This document shows positions 9,000-18,694 of a stretch of 61,584 nucleotides of DNA, in pieces. Origin of the DNA: Gemmatimonadales bacterium (lineage in GTDB: Bacteria; Gemmatimonadota; Gemmatimonadetes; Gemmatimonadales; GWC2-71-9). The notes beneath the pieces are model-generated. The model searched no databases. It saw only the letters and a program-made list of their open reading frames with translations, and had not been told where the DNA came from. Position numbers and translations under genes: made by a program. Position 1 is the first letter of the stretch; each line of letters opens with the position of its first letter. The DNA lies in contig JBAIWX010000009.1 in the NCBI GenBank assembly GCA_037916975.1, forward strand, positions 1-61,584, in the 5' to 3' direction.

Positions 9000-9863
9000 G
9001 TGACCCTGCACCCGTCGAAGCCCCGCCGCCTCGCCCGCCAGCTTCCACTGCTCCTCGTCCTGGGCGGCTGCGCGCCACGGCCCTCGCTCCCCGCCCCCGC
9101 CGCCGGGCAGGCCGCGACGAAGGAGACCTTCACCGTCGCCTCCCGGGCGCTCGGCGAAGTGCGCACGATCAACGTCTACCTCCCGCCCGGGTACGGGGCA
9201 TCACGTCGCCGGTTCCCCGTCGTGTACATGCCCGACGGCGGGCTCGACGAGGACTTCCCACACGTCACCGCCACGATCGACTCGCTCATCCGGCTGGGCC
9301 GCGTGGCGCCGGTCCTCGTCGTCGGCATCCCGAACACCGAGCGGCGGCGCGACCTCACCGGCCCGACCACGGTCGCCGCGGACAGCGCCATCGCCCCGCA
9401 CGTCGGCGGCTCGGCGGCGTTCCGCCGATTCCTGCGCGACGAGCTCCTGCCCGAGGTGCGCCGCCGCTACCGGGCCACCGACGCGACGACCATCGTCGGC
9501 GAGTCCCTCGCCGGGCTCTTCATCATCGAGACCTTCCTCGAGGAGCCCGCGCTCTTCCGGCGGTACATCGCGCTGAGCCCGAGCCTCTGGTGGAACGACC
9601 GGGCACTCCTGCGCCGCGCCGCCTCGGCGGGCGCCGCCCTCGCCCGCGCGGGCCGGGGGCGCGTCCTCTTCCTTTCGGCGGCGAACGAGTCCATCATCGC
9701 CGAGGGCACCGCCGAGCTCGCGCGCGAGCTCGGGCGCGCGGGACGCGGCGGCCCCGCGGTGCACTACGTGCCGCGCCCGGACCTGACGCACGCCACGATC
9801 TACGCCGCCATGGCCCCGACGGCCTTCCTCGCGGTGCTCGACCCCGCCCCCGCCGGGCGCTGA
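9000..9863 (+). CDS. Alpha/beta-hydrolase, putative esterase family (enterochelin-esterase-like), lipoprotein
   Basis: In-frame GTG at 9000 gives VTLHPSKPRRLARQLPLLLVLGGC (lipobox). It carries INVYLPPGY, PVVYMPDGG and the nucleophile elbow GESLAG. The track ORF starts at TTG 8961. Confidence 0.75.
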   Translation: MTLHPSKPRRLARQLPLLLVLGGCAPRPSLPAPAAGQAATKETFTVASRALGEVRTINVYLPPGYGASRRRFPVVYMPDGGLDEDFPHVTATIDSLIRLGRVAPVLVVGIPNTERRRDLTGPTTVAADSAIAPHVGGSAAFRRFLRDELLPEVRRRYRATDATTIVGESLAGLFIIETFLEEPALFRRYIALSPSLWWNDRALLRRAASAGAALARAGRGRVLFLSAANESIIAEGTAELARELGRAGRGGPAVHYVPRPDLTHATIYAAMAPTAFLAVLDPAPAGR

Positions 9864-9884
9864 CCCCCGACCGATCCGACACCG

Positions 9885-10352
9885 ATGCCGATCCCCGCGC
9901 TGCCCGCACTCCTCTGGACCCTGCTCACGACGCCGCAGGCGCCCGCCGCGCCGGATGCCTGCGCCCTCCTCGGGCTCGACCGGATCGGCGTCGTCCTCGG
10001 CCGGGGCTGGCGCCGAGCGGAGGGACCGCCGACTCCGCCCGGGACGAGCCGCTGCGAGTGGCGCCGTGGCGCGAGCGAGTCGGCGGTCCTCACCGTCACC
10101 CCCGTGGCGGACGGCGACGCGCGCGCCGCACTCGGCCTCCGCCAGGCCGGCCACCAGCGGCTGGGCCGCAGCGTCACGCCGCTCCCGACGGTCTGCGACG
10201 GTGCCTTCGCGGTCGAGATCACGGCGACGAGCCACGTCACCACGGCCGCGCGCCGCACCTGGCTCCTGGACGCCCAGGTGCGGATGACCGGGCGGCCGAA
10301 CGCCAGTGCCGAGCGCTCGCTCCTCGTCTTCGCCTGCCAGGGGATTCCCTGA
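9885..10352 (+). CDS. Hypothetical secreted protein (155 aa, 4 Cys)
   Basis: Hydrophobic N-terminus, high GC3 and plausible composition. No family recognised. Confidence 0.45.
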   Translation: MPIPALPALLWTLLTTPQAPAAPDACALLGLDRIGVVLGRGWRRAEGPPTPPGTSRCEWRRGASESAVLTVTPVADGDARAALGLRQAGHQRLGRSVTPLPTVCDGAFAVEITATSHVTTAARRTWLLDAQVRMTGRPNASAERSLLVFACQGIP

Positions 10353-10495
10353 TCGCGCGCCGCACCGGCGTCCCGTCCCCGCTTCCATCCCCCCGATACC
10401 GCTCCGTTACCGCCGCCTGCCCCGGAACGTGACCGGCGCGCGCGTTGATTGCGCGCCCGCGTAGTACCAGAACACGACAATCCGGATTGCATCCC

Positions 10496-12103
10496 ATGCG
10501 CACACCCCGCGCCTTCGCGCTGGCGACCGCCGTACTGGCGGCTGCCTGTGCCCCCGAGACCCCGACCGCCGGCCCCTCCGCCGCGGCCCGCGGCGCCACC
10601 CTGCGCGCCGCCCCCTCCGACCCGACGCCCGCCTCGATCGAGCTCGAGAAGTTCGGCACCTGGCAGGGTGGCGGCGCCGCCGCCGCGGAGATCTCCGCGT
10701 ACGACGACGTGAGCAAGCGCCTCTTCGTGGTGAACGGCGCCCTCGGCACCGTGGACGTGGTGGACCTCCGCGACCCGGCGAAGCCGGCCCCGCTCGCCAC
10801 CCTCTCCGTCACCGCCTTCGGCGCCTCCGCCAACAGCGTGAGCGCCGACCGCGGCGTGGTGGCCGTCGCCATCGAGGCCGCCACGAAGACCAGCCCCGGC
10901 ACCGTCGCCTTCTATCGGGCGACGACGCTCGAGCTCATCAGCAGCGTCACGGTCGGCGCGCTCCCCGACATGCTGACCTTCACCCCGTCGGGGCGGTACG
11001 TGGTCGTCGCCAACGAGGGCGAGCCGAACACCGACTACACGGTGGACCCCGAGGGCTCGGTGAGCATCATCGACGTCCACAACGTCAACCAGCCGACGGT
11101 GCGCACGGCCACCTTCACGGCCTTCGACGGCCGCGCCGACGAGCTGCGCGCGCGGGGCGTGCGCCTCTTCGGCCCCGGTGCGAGCGTCGCGCAGGACCTC
11201 GAGCCCGAGTACGTCGCCGTGGACGCCGACGAGCGCACCGCGTGGGTGACGCTGCAGGAGAACAACGCCCTCGCGGTGGTGGACCTCGCCTCGGCGACCG
11301 TCACCGACGTCGTGCCGCTCGGCTACAAGCGCCACGACCTTGCGGGCAACGGCCTCGACGCGAGTGACCGCGATGGCGCCGTCAACATCCGCACGTGGCC
11401 GGTGCTCGGCATGTACCAGCCCGACGGGATCGCCGCCTACACCGCGGGGGGCCAGACCTTCCTCGTCACCGCCAACGAGGGCGACGCGCGCGACTACGCC
11501 GCCTTCGCCGAGGAGGCGCGGGTGAGCACGCTGCCGCTCAACCCCGCCATCTTCACCGCAGCCGCCTGCGGCGGCAGCTGCACGGCGAACGCGCGCCTCG
11601 GCCGGCTCAACGTGACGAAGACCCTGGGCAAGAACCCCGCGACCGGGCTCTACGACCAGCTCTACGCCTTCGGCGGCCGGTCGTTCAGCATCTGGAGCGC
11701 GTCGGGCCAGCTCCTCTGGGACTCGGGCGAGGAGCTCGAGCAGCGGACCCGGGCGCTCCCGATGGTGCAGTTCAATGCCAGCAACACCGGCAACGCCTCC
11801 GACGACCGGAGCGACAACAAGGGCCCCGAGCCCGAGGGCGTCGTGCTCGGCCAGCTGGGCGAGAAGACCTTCGCCTTCATCGGCCTCGAGCGGGTGGGTG
11901 GCGTGATGGTGTACGACGTGACCAACCCCGCGAGCCCGCAGTTCGTGACCTACGCGAACACGCGGACCGGCGACACCGGCGACCTGGGCCCCGAGGGCCT
12001 GGCCTTCGTGCCGGCGAACCGCGCGCCGGGCAAGGAACCGCTCCTCATCGTGTCGAACGAGGTGAGCGGCACGGCGGCCGTCTTCCGCATCGCGCTGCGC
12101 TGA
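10496..12103 (+). CDS. Choice-of-anchor-I / phytase-like esterase family beta-propeller lipoprotein
   Basis: ATG 10496 gives MRTPRAFALATAVLAAAC (lipobox). It carries EISAYDDVSKRLFVVNG, EPEYVAVDADERTAWVTLQENNAL, MYQPDGIAAY, FLVTANEGDARDY and GPEPEGVVLG. Confidence 0.7.
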   Translation: MRTPRAFALATAVLAAACAPETPTAGPSAAARGATLRAAPSDPTPASIELEKFGTWQGGGAAAAEISAYDDVSKRLFVVNGALGTVDVVDLRDPAKPAPLATLSVTAFGASANSVSADRGVVAVAIEAATKTSPGTVAFYRATTLELISSVTVGALPDMLTFTPSGRYVVVANEGEPNTDYTVDPEGSVSIIDVHNVNQPTVRTATFTAFDGRADELRARGVRLFGPGASVAQDLEPEYVAVDADERTAWVTLQENNALAVVDLASATVTDVVPLGYKRHDLAGNGLDASDRDGAVNIRTWPVLGMYQPDGIAAYTAGGQTFLVTANEGDARDYAAFAEEARVSTLPLNPAIFTAAACGGSCTANARLGRLNVTKTLGKNPATGLYDQLYAFGGRSFSIWSASGQLLWDSGEELEQRTRALPMVQFNASNTGNASDDRSDNKGPEPEGVVLGQLGEKTFAFIGLERVGGVMVYDVTNPASPQFVTYANTRTGDTGDLGPEGLAFVPANRAPGKEPLLIVSNEVSGTAAVFRIALR

Positions 12104-12112
12104 GCCGGGTGC

Positions 12113-12141
12113 GGGCGGGCGGGCCGAGTGCCCGTCCGCCC
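12113..12141 (+). terminator. GC-rich hairpin downstream of the propeller gene
   Basis: GGGCGGGCGGGC-CGAGU-GCCCGUCCGCCC is a 12-bp stem including one G-U pair. It starts 10 nt after the stop codon. Confidence 0.5.
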
Positions 12142-12190
12142 GTGACCGGTCGTCCGCCGATGGCGGCGGCAGGGGCGATTACCATTCGTC

Positions 12191-13747
12191 ATGCCCGAGG
12201 CCCCTGCCCCGCCAGCGGCGCGCTCCTCATCCTTCCATCCTGCCGCGCCCCTCGCCATCGCGGCGCTCTCGCTCGTCCTGCACGTCCTGCCGCGGCCCGG
12301 CTACGGGTTCCACCGCGACGAACTCCTCTACCTCGCGATGGGCGACCACTTCACGCCCTTCGGCATGGCCTTCCCGCCGCTCATCTCGGCGCTCGCCCGG
12401 CTCTCCGGGGCGCTCCCGTTCGACCGCCTCGCCGCGATCCACCTCCTGTCGGCGCTCGCCGGCGCAGCGCTCCCGCTCCTCGCCGCCCTGACCGCCGCCG
12501 CCATGGGCGGGGCCGTGCGCGCGCAGCGGCTCGCCGCCGTCGCCGCGCTCGTCGCACCGCTCTTCCTCCGCGCGGGCACGCTCTTCCAGCCGGTCGTCTT
12601 CGAGCTCGCCGGGTGGTCGGTCGCGACGCTGGCGTTCTCCGCGCTGCTCGCGGGCCGGGACCGGCGCTGGTGGCTGGTGCTCGGTGCGGCGCTCGGCCTC
12701 GGCGCGCTCACCAAGTTCAGCGTCGCGTTCCTGGGCGCGGGGCTCCTCGCCGGCACCCTCGCGTCACCCCTGCTCCGCGCCGACCTGCGCACCCGCTGGC
12801 CGTGGCTGGCGCTCGGCATCGCCGCGCTGCTCGCGCTGCCGAGCCTCGCGGGGCAGGCGGCGCACGGCTGGCCCTTCTTCGCCCAGGCGCGCGCGCTGCG
12901 GGAGCGGCAGTTGAGCCACGTGGACCCGGTCGGCTTCCTGCTGGGGCAGTTCTTCCTCCTCGGCGCCGGGGGACCCCTCTGGGTGATCGGCCTCGCGGGG
13001 CTCGTCGCCGCGCGCGCACTCCGCCCGTGGCGCCCGCTGGGCGTCACGGCGCTCGCGGTGCTGCTCCTGCTCGTGGCGGGCCGAGGGAAGGACTACTACT
13101 ACGGGCCGATGCTCGTCCCCCTCCTCGCCGCCGCCGCGGTGCTGCTCGGTGCGTGGCTCGAGCGCGGGCGGCACCGCCTCGCGGAGGGGGCGATGCTCGC
13201 ATGGCTGCTGGTGGTCGGCGCCCTGCTGCTGCCGGTCGGGATACCGCTCCTGCGGCCGCCCGCGATGGCGCGCTACGCCGAGCGGCTCGGCCTCGCCCCC
13301 GCCACGCGCACGAACACCGGCGGCGCGCTCCCGCTGCCGCAGGACTACGCCGACATGCTGGGATGGCGGGGGCAGGTGGAGGCGGTGGCCGCCGTGTATC
13401 GCACGCTGCCCGCGGACGAGCAGCGGCGGGCCGTCGTCCTCGCCACCAACTACGGACGCGCCGGCGCGCGCGCGCACTTCGGGCCCGAGCTCGGGCTTCC
13501 CTACCCCGTGAGCTGGGCCGGCGACTTCTTCCTGTGGGGACCCGGGGACCGCCCCGGCGACGTGACGATCGTCGTCGGCGGCTCGGCCGACGACTGGCGC
13601 GCGTTCTGGGGGGACGTGACCGAGGTCGCCCGCGCACGCAACCCGTGGGGCGTCGAGGAGGAGCGCGACGTCGCCATCTGGGTCTGCCGCGCACCGAAGG
13701 TCACGCTGCAGGAGTTCTTCCGCCGGCTCGGCCCGCAGTGGGGCTGA
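12191..13747 (+). CDS. GT-C fold glycosyltransferase (family 39/83, ArnT/PMT-like)
   Basis: 518-aa polytopic membrane protein with an N-terminal GYGFHRDELLYLAMG loop and many TM segments. Confidence 0.75.
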   Translation: MPEAPAPPAARSSSFHPAAPLAIAALSLVLHVLPRPGYGFHRDELLYLAMGDHFTPFGMAFPPLISALARLSGALPFDRLAAIHLLSALAGAALPLLAALTAAAMGGAVRAQRLAAVAALVAPLFLRAGTLFQPVVFELAGWSVATLAFSALLAGRDRRWWLVLGAALGLGALTKFSVAFLGAGLLAGTLASPLLRADLRTRWPWLALGIAALLALPSLAGQAAHGWPFFAQARALRERQLSHVDPVGFLLGQFFLLGAGGPLWVIGLAGLVAARALRPWRPLGVTALAVLLLLVAGRGKDYYYGPMLVPLLAAAAVLLGAWLERGRHRLAEGAMLAWLLVVGALLLPVGIPLLRPPAMARYAERLGLAPATRTNTGGALPLPQDYADMLGWRGQVEAVAAVYRTLPADEQRRAVVLATNYGRAGARAHFGPELGLPYPVSWAGDFFLWGPGDRPGDVTIVVGGSADDWRAFWGDVTEVARARNPWGVEEERDVAIWVCRAPKVTLQEFFRRLGPQWG

Positions 13748-13789
13748 GCCGGGCGTTCACCCGCGACTGAACGACACCTGCGGACCGCG

Positions 13790-14323
13790 TCACGGCGACG
13801 GCGCGTCCCGCGCACCGAGCGAGACCTGGGCCGGCACGGCGGGGGCCGCGTACTTGAACGTCCGCAGCATCACGCGCGCGGTGGCTTCGTCGATCTCCTT
13901 GAAGACGAACGGCCGGCCGGCGAACGGCCAGAGCCATCCCTTCCCCGGGTCGTACGCCGCGGAGACGAAGTAGAGGTGGCCGGCCTCCATGGCGATCACG
14001 ACCTTCATGTCGCCCGAGCTCAGCTCGTGCGTGCCGGGCATCAGCACGAGGGTGGTGTACGACCCCCGCGGCAGCGAGGCCGCGTGCTGGCCGTCCACGG
14101 TGATGGCGTACTTCGAGCCGAGGAGCGTCCACCCGCTGGCGTTGAAGGCGTAGAGCAGCGCCTGGCCGTCGGGCGCGGTATCGAGCGCGACCGGCGGCAG
14201 CGTGTCCGCACCGGGCGCCGGTGCCACCGCGGCCGTCCCCGGGACGCCGAGGCAGCCCGCGAGCCACACGGGCACGAGCAGCCCCGCCGCCGCGCGGAGC
14301 AGGGCATTCCTGATGGCCCACAT
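13790..14323 (-). CDS. DUF2846-like lipoprotein
   Basis: The internal ATG at 14323 gives MWAIRNALLRAAAGLLVPVWLAGC (lipobox). It carries YAITVDGQHAASLPRGSYTTLVLMPGTHEL. Confidence 0.65.
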   Translation of the reverse strand: MWAIRNALLRAAAGLLVPVWLAGCLGVPGTAAVAPAPGADTLPPVALDTAPDGQALLYAFNASGWTLLGSKYAITVDGQHAASLPRGSYTTLVLMPGTHELSSGDMKVVIAMEAGHLYFVSAAYDPGKGWLWPFAGRPFVFKEIDEATARVMLRTFKYAAPAVPAQVSLGARDAPSP

Positions 14324-14612
14324 GAGCACCTCCCGGGGACCCGCGGATCGGGGCTCCTCGGGCCGCCCCGCGGCGGCCCCTGCCTCCCCGGTCCACCCCC
14401 GTCCCCGGGGCAACGGTACGGGTTGGGCCATGAGGCGCCGGTGAATCGTCCGCGAAACCGCTGCGACACCTGGGGGTGCGGGCATCCGTAGGGGCGGCTG
14501 GGCCCCCGCCCGGGGTGCCCGCATTCCGGCCACCACCCGCGATGTCGATTCCGGCCACCCCCGTTCGACTACGTGGTGTCCCGTTCGTCCTCACCACGTC
14601 CCGGAGGGAACC

Positions 14613-14969
14613 ATGAAGTACCTGTGCCTCATCTACGACGAGGAGTCCAAGCTCGCGGCCATGCCCAAGGACCAGGCCGACGCCTTCATGGGCGAGTACT
14701 TCGCCTTCACCGACGACATCCGACGGAGCGGCCACTACGTGGCGGGCGAGGCGCTGCACCCCGTCGCCGCCGCCACCACGGTCCGCATCCGGAACGGGAA
14801 GCTCTCGACCACCGACGGGCCGTTCGCGGAGACGAAGGAGCAGCTGGGGGGCTTCTACCTCATCGAGGCGCGCGACCTCAATGACGCCATCCAGGTCGCG
14901 TCGCGCATCCCGTCGGCGCGGATCGGCAGCGTCGAGGTTCGTCCGGTGATGGACTTCAGCCAGCCCTGA
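14613..14969 (+). CDS. YciI family protein
   Basis: MKYLCLIYDEE..., DGPFAETKEQLGGFYLIEARDLNDA. GGAGGGAA lies upstream of the ATG. Confidence 0.85.
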   Translation: MKYLCLIYDEESKLAAMPKDQADAFMGEYFAFTDDIRRSGHYVAGEALHPVAAATTVRIRNGKLSTTDGPFAETKEQLGGFYLIEARDLNDAIQVASRIPSARIGSVEVRPVMDFSQP

Positions 14970-14980
14970 CGGCCGACCGG

Positions 14981-16231
14981 ATGGAGGAGGGCGCGGACGA
15001 CCGGGTCCGGGCGCAGGTCGAGGCGACCTGGCGGGCCGAGTCGCGCCGCGTCCTCGCCACGCTCATCCGCCTCCTCGGCGACTTCGACCTCGCCGAGGAG
15101 GCGCTGCACGACGCGTTCATGGCGGCGCTCGAGCGCTGGCCCGCGGAGGGCGTGCCGCGGAATCCGCGCGCGTGGCTCGTCTCGGCAGGGCGCTTCCGCG
15201 CGATCGACGGGCTCCGCCGGCGCGCGCGCTTCGACGCGGCGCAGGGCGCGCTCGCCGAGCGGCTCGCGGCGGTGCCCCCGCCGGAACTTCCCGACGACGG
15301 CGTGGAGGATGACCGGCTCCGCCTGGTCTTCACCTGCTGCCATCCCGCGCTCGCGCCCGACGCGCAGGTGGCGCTGACGCTCCGGACCGTCTGCGGGCTC
15401 GCGACGGAGGAGATCGCCCGCGCCTTCCTCACCACCCCCGCGACGATCGCGCAGCGCATCGTCCGCGCGAAGGCGAAGATCCGCGACGCGCGGATCCCCT
15501 ACCAGGTGCCGGAGCGGGCCGACCTGCCGGCGCGCCTCGACACGGTGCTGCACGTCGTCTACCTCGTCTTCAACGAGGGCTACTCCGCCACCGCCGGCGC
15601 TGCGGTCACGCGCCATGACCTGTCCGAGGAGGCGATCCGCCTCGGCCGGCTGCTCGCCGAACTCCTCCCCGAGCCGGAGGTGCTCGGCCTGCTCGCGCTC
15701 ATGCTGCTGCACGAGGCGCGGCGCGCGGCGAGGACGTCACCGGACGGCGATCTCGTCCTCCTCGACCGGCAGGATCGCGCGCGCTGGGACGGTGCGCTCA
15801 TCGCCGAGGGGGCGGGGCTCGTGGAGCGCGCCATCGCCACCCGCCGCTTCGGGCCGTTCACGTTGCAGGCGGCGATCGCCGCGGTCCACGCCGAGGCGCC
15901 GAGCGCGGAGACGACCGACTGGGCGCAGATCGTCGGCCTCTACGACGTCCTGCGACGCGCCGACCCGTCACCGGTGGTGGAGCTCAACCGCGCCGTCGCC
16001 GTGGCGATGCGGGACGGCCCGGCGGCGGGGCTCGCGCTCGTGGAGGCGCTCCTCGCGCGCGGGGAGCTCGCCGACTACCACTTGGCGCACGCCGCGCGGG
16101 CCGACCTGCTCCGCCGGCTGGGCCGGGTGGACGAAGCCCGCGCCGCGTACGTGCGCGCGCTCGCGCTCGCCCGGCAGGAGCCGGAGCGGCGGTACCTCGA
16201 GGGAAGGCTCCGGGAGTTGGAAGGAAGATGA
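14981..16231 (+). CDS. Sigma-70 family (ECF-like) RNA polymerase sigma factor with a long C-terminal extension
   Basis: Region 2 is [21 protein letters not shown]. Region 4 is [39 protein letters not shown]-terminal domain of about 200 aa follows. YciI plus this sigma type is a recurrent gene pair. Confidence 0.85.
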   Translation: MEEGADDRVRAQVEATWRAESRRVLATLIRLLGDFDLAEEALHDAFMAALERWPAEGVPRNPRAWLVSAGRFRAIDGLRRRARFDAAQGALAERLAAVPPPELPDDGVEDDRLRLVFTCCHPALAPDAQVALTLRTVCGLATEEIARAFLTTPATIAQRIVRAKAKIRDARIPYQVPERADLPARLDTVLHVVYLVFNEGYSATAGAAVTRHDLSEEAIRLGRLLAELLPEPEVLGLLALMLLHEARRAARTSPDGDLVLLDRQDRARWDGALIAEGAGLVERAIATRRFGPFTLQAAIAAVHAEAPSAETTDWAQIVGLYDVLRRADPSPVVELNRAVAVAMRDGPAAGLALVEALLARGELADYHLAHAARADLLRRLGRVDEARAAYVRALALARQEPERRYLEGRLRELEGR

Positions 16232-16314
16232 AGACGATCGGTGTGCAAGCCCGGCGCGGACCGACCGTCGCCCGGCACACCGCATCGTGCCGACCACCCC
16301 TGCAGGAGGCCGTG

Positions 16315-16716
16315 ATGTCCCGACCGGATCTCGTCGCCCTTGCGGCGCTCGCCGTGCTGCTGCTCACCGGCTGCGGCGACGGCACCGCCCCGAGCCCCGC
16401 CGGCGCGTGGGGCGGCACCGAGGCGAGCATGGTCCTCGGCCCGGCGGGCGGCACGATCCAGTATCCCTGCGGCAATGGCACCATCGCATCCGGCTGGACG
16501 GTGGACCGCGCCGGCACCTTCTCCGCCACGGGCACGCACGCGAACGGCGGCGGGCCCGTGCCGCCCGAGGGCTGGCCGACGCACCCCGCCCGCTACGAGG
16601 GGCGCGTCGCGGGCGACAGCTTCGTGTTCACCGTGACGCTGACCGACCTCGACCAGCGGCTCGGGCCGTTCCACCTGCGGCGCGACGGCCCCCCGGTGAC
16701 GCTGATGTGCGTGTAG
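16315..16716 (+). CDS. Hypothetical lipoprotein
   Basis: ATG 16315 is preceded by CAGGAGG and gives [20 protein letters not shown] (lipobox). The track ORF starts earlier at 16228. Confidence 0.6.
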   Translation: MSRPDLVALAALAVLLLTGCGDGTAPSPAGAWGGTEASMVLGPAGGTIQYPCGNGTIASGWTVDRAGTFSATGTHANGGGPVPPEGWPTHPARYEGRVAGDSFVFTVTLTDLDQRLGPFHLRRDGPPVTLMCV

Positions 16717-16725
16717 CTTTGGGGC

Positions 16726-17688
16726 ATGCCGACACCCGCATGCCCCGCCACGGTCCCGGCCCGCCGGCCGGCCGCGCTCCTCGCCGCGCTGCTCCTCCTT
16801 GCCGCCTGCTCGGGTGGCGCGCCCTCGACCACCCCCGCGCCTGCGGGCGCCACCATCCTCGACGTCCGCTCCGGCAGGCCGATCACGCGGGACGCGCTGC
16901 TCCGGCGCCTGCAGTCGGCGCAGTTCGTCCTGCTCGGCGAGGTGCACGACAACGCCGAGCAGCATGCGGCGCGGGCCGCGCTCATCGAGGCGAGCGCGGG
17001 CCGCCGCCCGGCGCTCGTCTTCGAGCACTTCCCCGCGAGCCGCGACAGCGTCCTCGCCACGAAGCCCGCCGGCGCGATCGAGGACTGGCTCGACGCCGCC
17101 GGCTTCGACCGGAAGGGGTGGCGCTGGCCGCTGCACCGGCCGCTCGTGGACGCGGCGCTCCGGCTCGACCTGCCCCGCTACGGGAGCCTCGTGGAGCGCG
17201 AGCGGCTGCGGCCCGTCATGCGCGGGGGCGCGGTGCCGGAGCCGTACGCCTCGCTCGTCGCGAAGGTCCCGCTCGGCGCGGACGCCACCGCGGCGCTCGA
17301 CCGGACGCTGGTCGAGGGCCATTGCGGCGAGCTGCCCGCGGAGATGGTGGCGCCGCTCCGGCTGGCGCAGGAAGTACGCGACGCCTCCATGACCGACGCC
17401 CTCCTCCGCGCGCAGGCCACGGGGCACCCGGCCTGGCTCCTCGCCGGCAACGGCCACGTCGGGCGCGACTACGGCGTGCCGCGCTTCCTCGCGGCACTCC
17501 GCCCGGACGCCGCGACGGTGGTCGTCGGCTTCCTCGAGCGCGCCGCCGACGGCAGCCTCCCACCCGCCGCGGAGCGGGCCGCCTACGACGTCGTCTGGGT
17601 CACCGGCCGTGCCGAGCGGGAGGATCCCTGTGCGGCGATGCGCCGGATGGCGCCGCCCGCCCCCACGCCCGCCGCGCCCCGGAGCTGA
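16726..17688 (+). CDS. ChaN-family (haem-binding uptake, Tiki-like) lipoprotein
   Basis: Lipobox LLLLAAC, plus [14 protein letters not shown] and [16 protein letters not shown]. Confidence 0.7.
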   Translation: MPTPACPATVPARRPAALLAALLLLAACSGGAPSTTPAPAGATILDVRSGRPITRDALLRRLQSAQFVLLGEVHDNAEQHAARAALIEASAGRRPALVFEHFPASRDSVLATKPAGAIEDWLDAAGFDRKGWRWPLHRPLVDAALRLDLPRYGSLVERERLRPVMRGGAVPEPYASLVAKVPLGADATAALDRTLVEGHCGELPAEMVAPLRLAQEVRDASMTDALLRAQATGHPAWLLAGNGHVGRDYGVPRFLAALRPDAATVVVGFLERAADGSLPPAAERAAYDVVWVTGRAEREDPCAAMRRMAPPAPTPAAPRS

Positions 17689-17724
17689 GGCGACCGCCGC
17701 CACCACGCGCAAGGAGCCCGTCCC

Positions 17725-18084
17725 ATGGAGCACCTCACCACCACCACCTTCTCGATCGAGGGCTACCGCGTCGTCGAGACGCTCGGCGTGGTGCGCGGGA
17801 TCATCGTGCGCTCGCGCTCGGTCTTCGGCACCGTCGGCGCCCGGCTGCAGACCATCCTGGGCGGGCACATCACGCTGCTCACGACGCTCTGCGAGAAGGC
17901 CCGCGAGGACGCCTTCGAGATCATGCTCGCCCACGCGCAGCGCCGCGGCGCCAACGCCGTGATCGGCGTCCGCTACGACGCGACGGAGATCATGGCCGGC
18001 GTGACCGAGGTGCTCTGCTACGGCACGGCGGTCGTGGTCGAGCCCGAGCACGAGGCGGGTTACGAGCGGCTGCCGCCGGCATGA
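17725..18084 (+). CDS. YbjQ/UPF0145 family protein
   Basis: [53 protein letters not shown] lies upstream. Confidence 0.85.
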   Translation: MEHLTTTTFSIEGYRVVETLGVVRGIIVRSRSVFGTVGARLQTILGGHITLLTTLCEKAREDAFEIMLAHAQRRGANAVIGVRYDATEIMAGVTEVLCYGTAVVVEPEHEAGYERLPPA

Positions 18085-18671
18085 GCGTCCTCCGCCGCGT
18101 CTGCGTCTTCACCGGGTCGAGCCCGGGCGCCCGCCCCGAGTACGCCGGGCTCGCGAGCGCCCTCGCCGAGGCGCTGGTCGAGCGCGGGATCGGCCTCGTG
18201 TACGGCGGGGCGAGCGTCGGGCTGATGGGCGTCGTCGCCGACGCGGTGCTTGCCCGGGGCGGCCAGGCGATCGGCGTGATCCCGCGCCACCTCGAGGCGA
18301 AGGAGATCGCGCACCGGGGGCTCACCGAGCTTCGGGTCGTGGGCTCCATGCACGAGCGCAAGGCGATGATGGCCGAGCTCGCCGACGGCTTCGTGGCGCT
18401 CCCCGGCGGCATCGGCACGCTCGAGGAGCTCTTCGAGGTGTGGACCTGGGCGCAGCTCGGCCTCCACGCCAAGCCGTGCGGGCTCCTCGACGCGGCCGGC
18501 TACTACGCGGGGCTCGTCGGGTTCCTCGACCATGCGGTCGCGGAGCGGTTCGTGCGGCCGGGCCACCGCGCGGCGCTCCTCGTCGAGACCGACCCGCGGC
18601 GCCTGCTCGACCGCTTCGCCGGCTGGGTCCCCGTGGCCGCCGAGAAGTGGATCACCGCCGCCGAGACCTGA
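18081..18671 (+). CDS. LOG family protein (TIGR00730, cytokinin riboside 5'-monophosphate phosphoribohydrolase-like)
   Basis: ATG 18081 overlaps the ybjQ-like stop (ATGA). It carries [17 protein letters not shown] and [10 protein letters not shown]. It is the last 196 codons of the otherwise spurious ORF 15615..18671. Confidence 0.85.
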   Translation: MSVLRRVCVFTGSSPGARPEYAGLASALAEALVERGIGLVYGGASVGLMGVVADAVLARGGQAIGVIPRHLEAKEIAHRGLTELRVVGSMHERKAMMAELADGFVALPGGIGTLEELFEVWTWAQLGLHAKPCGLLDAAGYYAGLVGFLDHAVAERFVRPGHRAALLVETDPRRLLDRFAGWVPVAAEKWITAAET

Positions 18672-18694
18672 CCCGCGCCACCGAGGCTCCCGCC

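Noticed and set aside
16228-16314. Start of the lipoprotein gene at ATG 16228, overlapping the sigma stop as ATGA.
   Set aside because: It would add 29 non-signal residues before a textbook lipoprotein signal peptide. ATG 16315 has CAGGAGG upstream. The coupled start cannot be fully excluded.
15615-18080. The N-terminal 820 codons of the 1018-aa track ORF 15615..18671.
   Set aside because: Only the last 196 codons (the LOG family protein) look real. The rest is a shifted frame running across the sigma, lipoprotein, ChaN and YbjQ genes, which have clear motifs in other frames.
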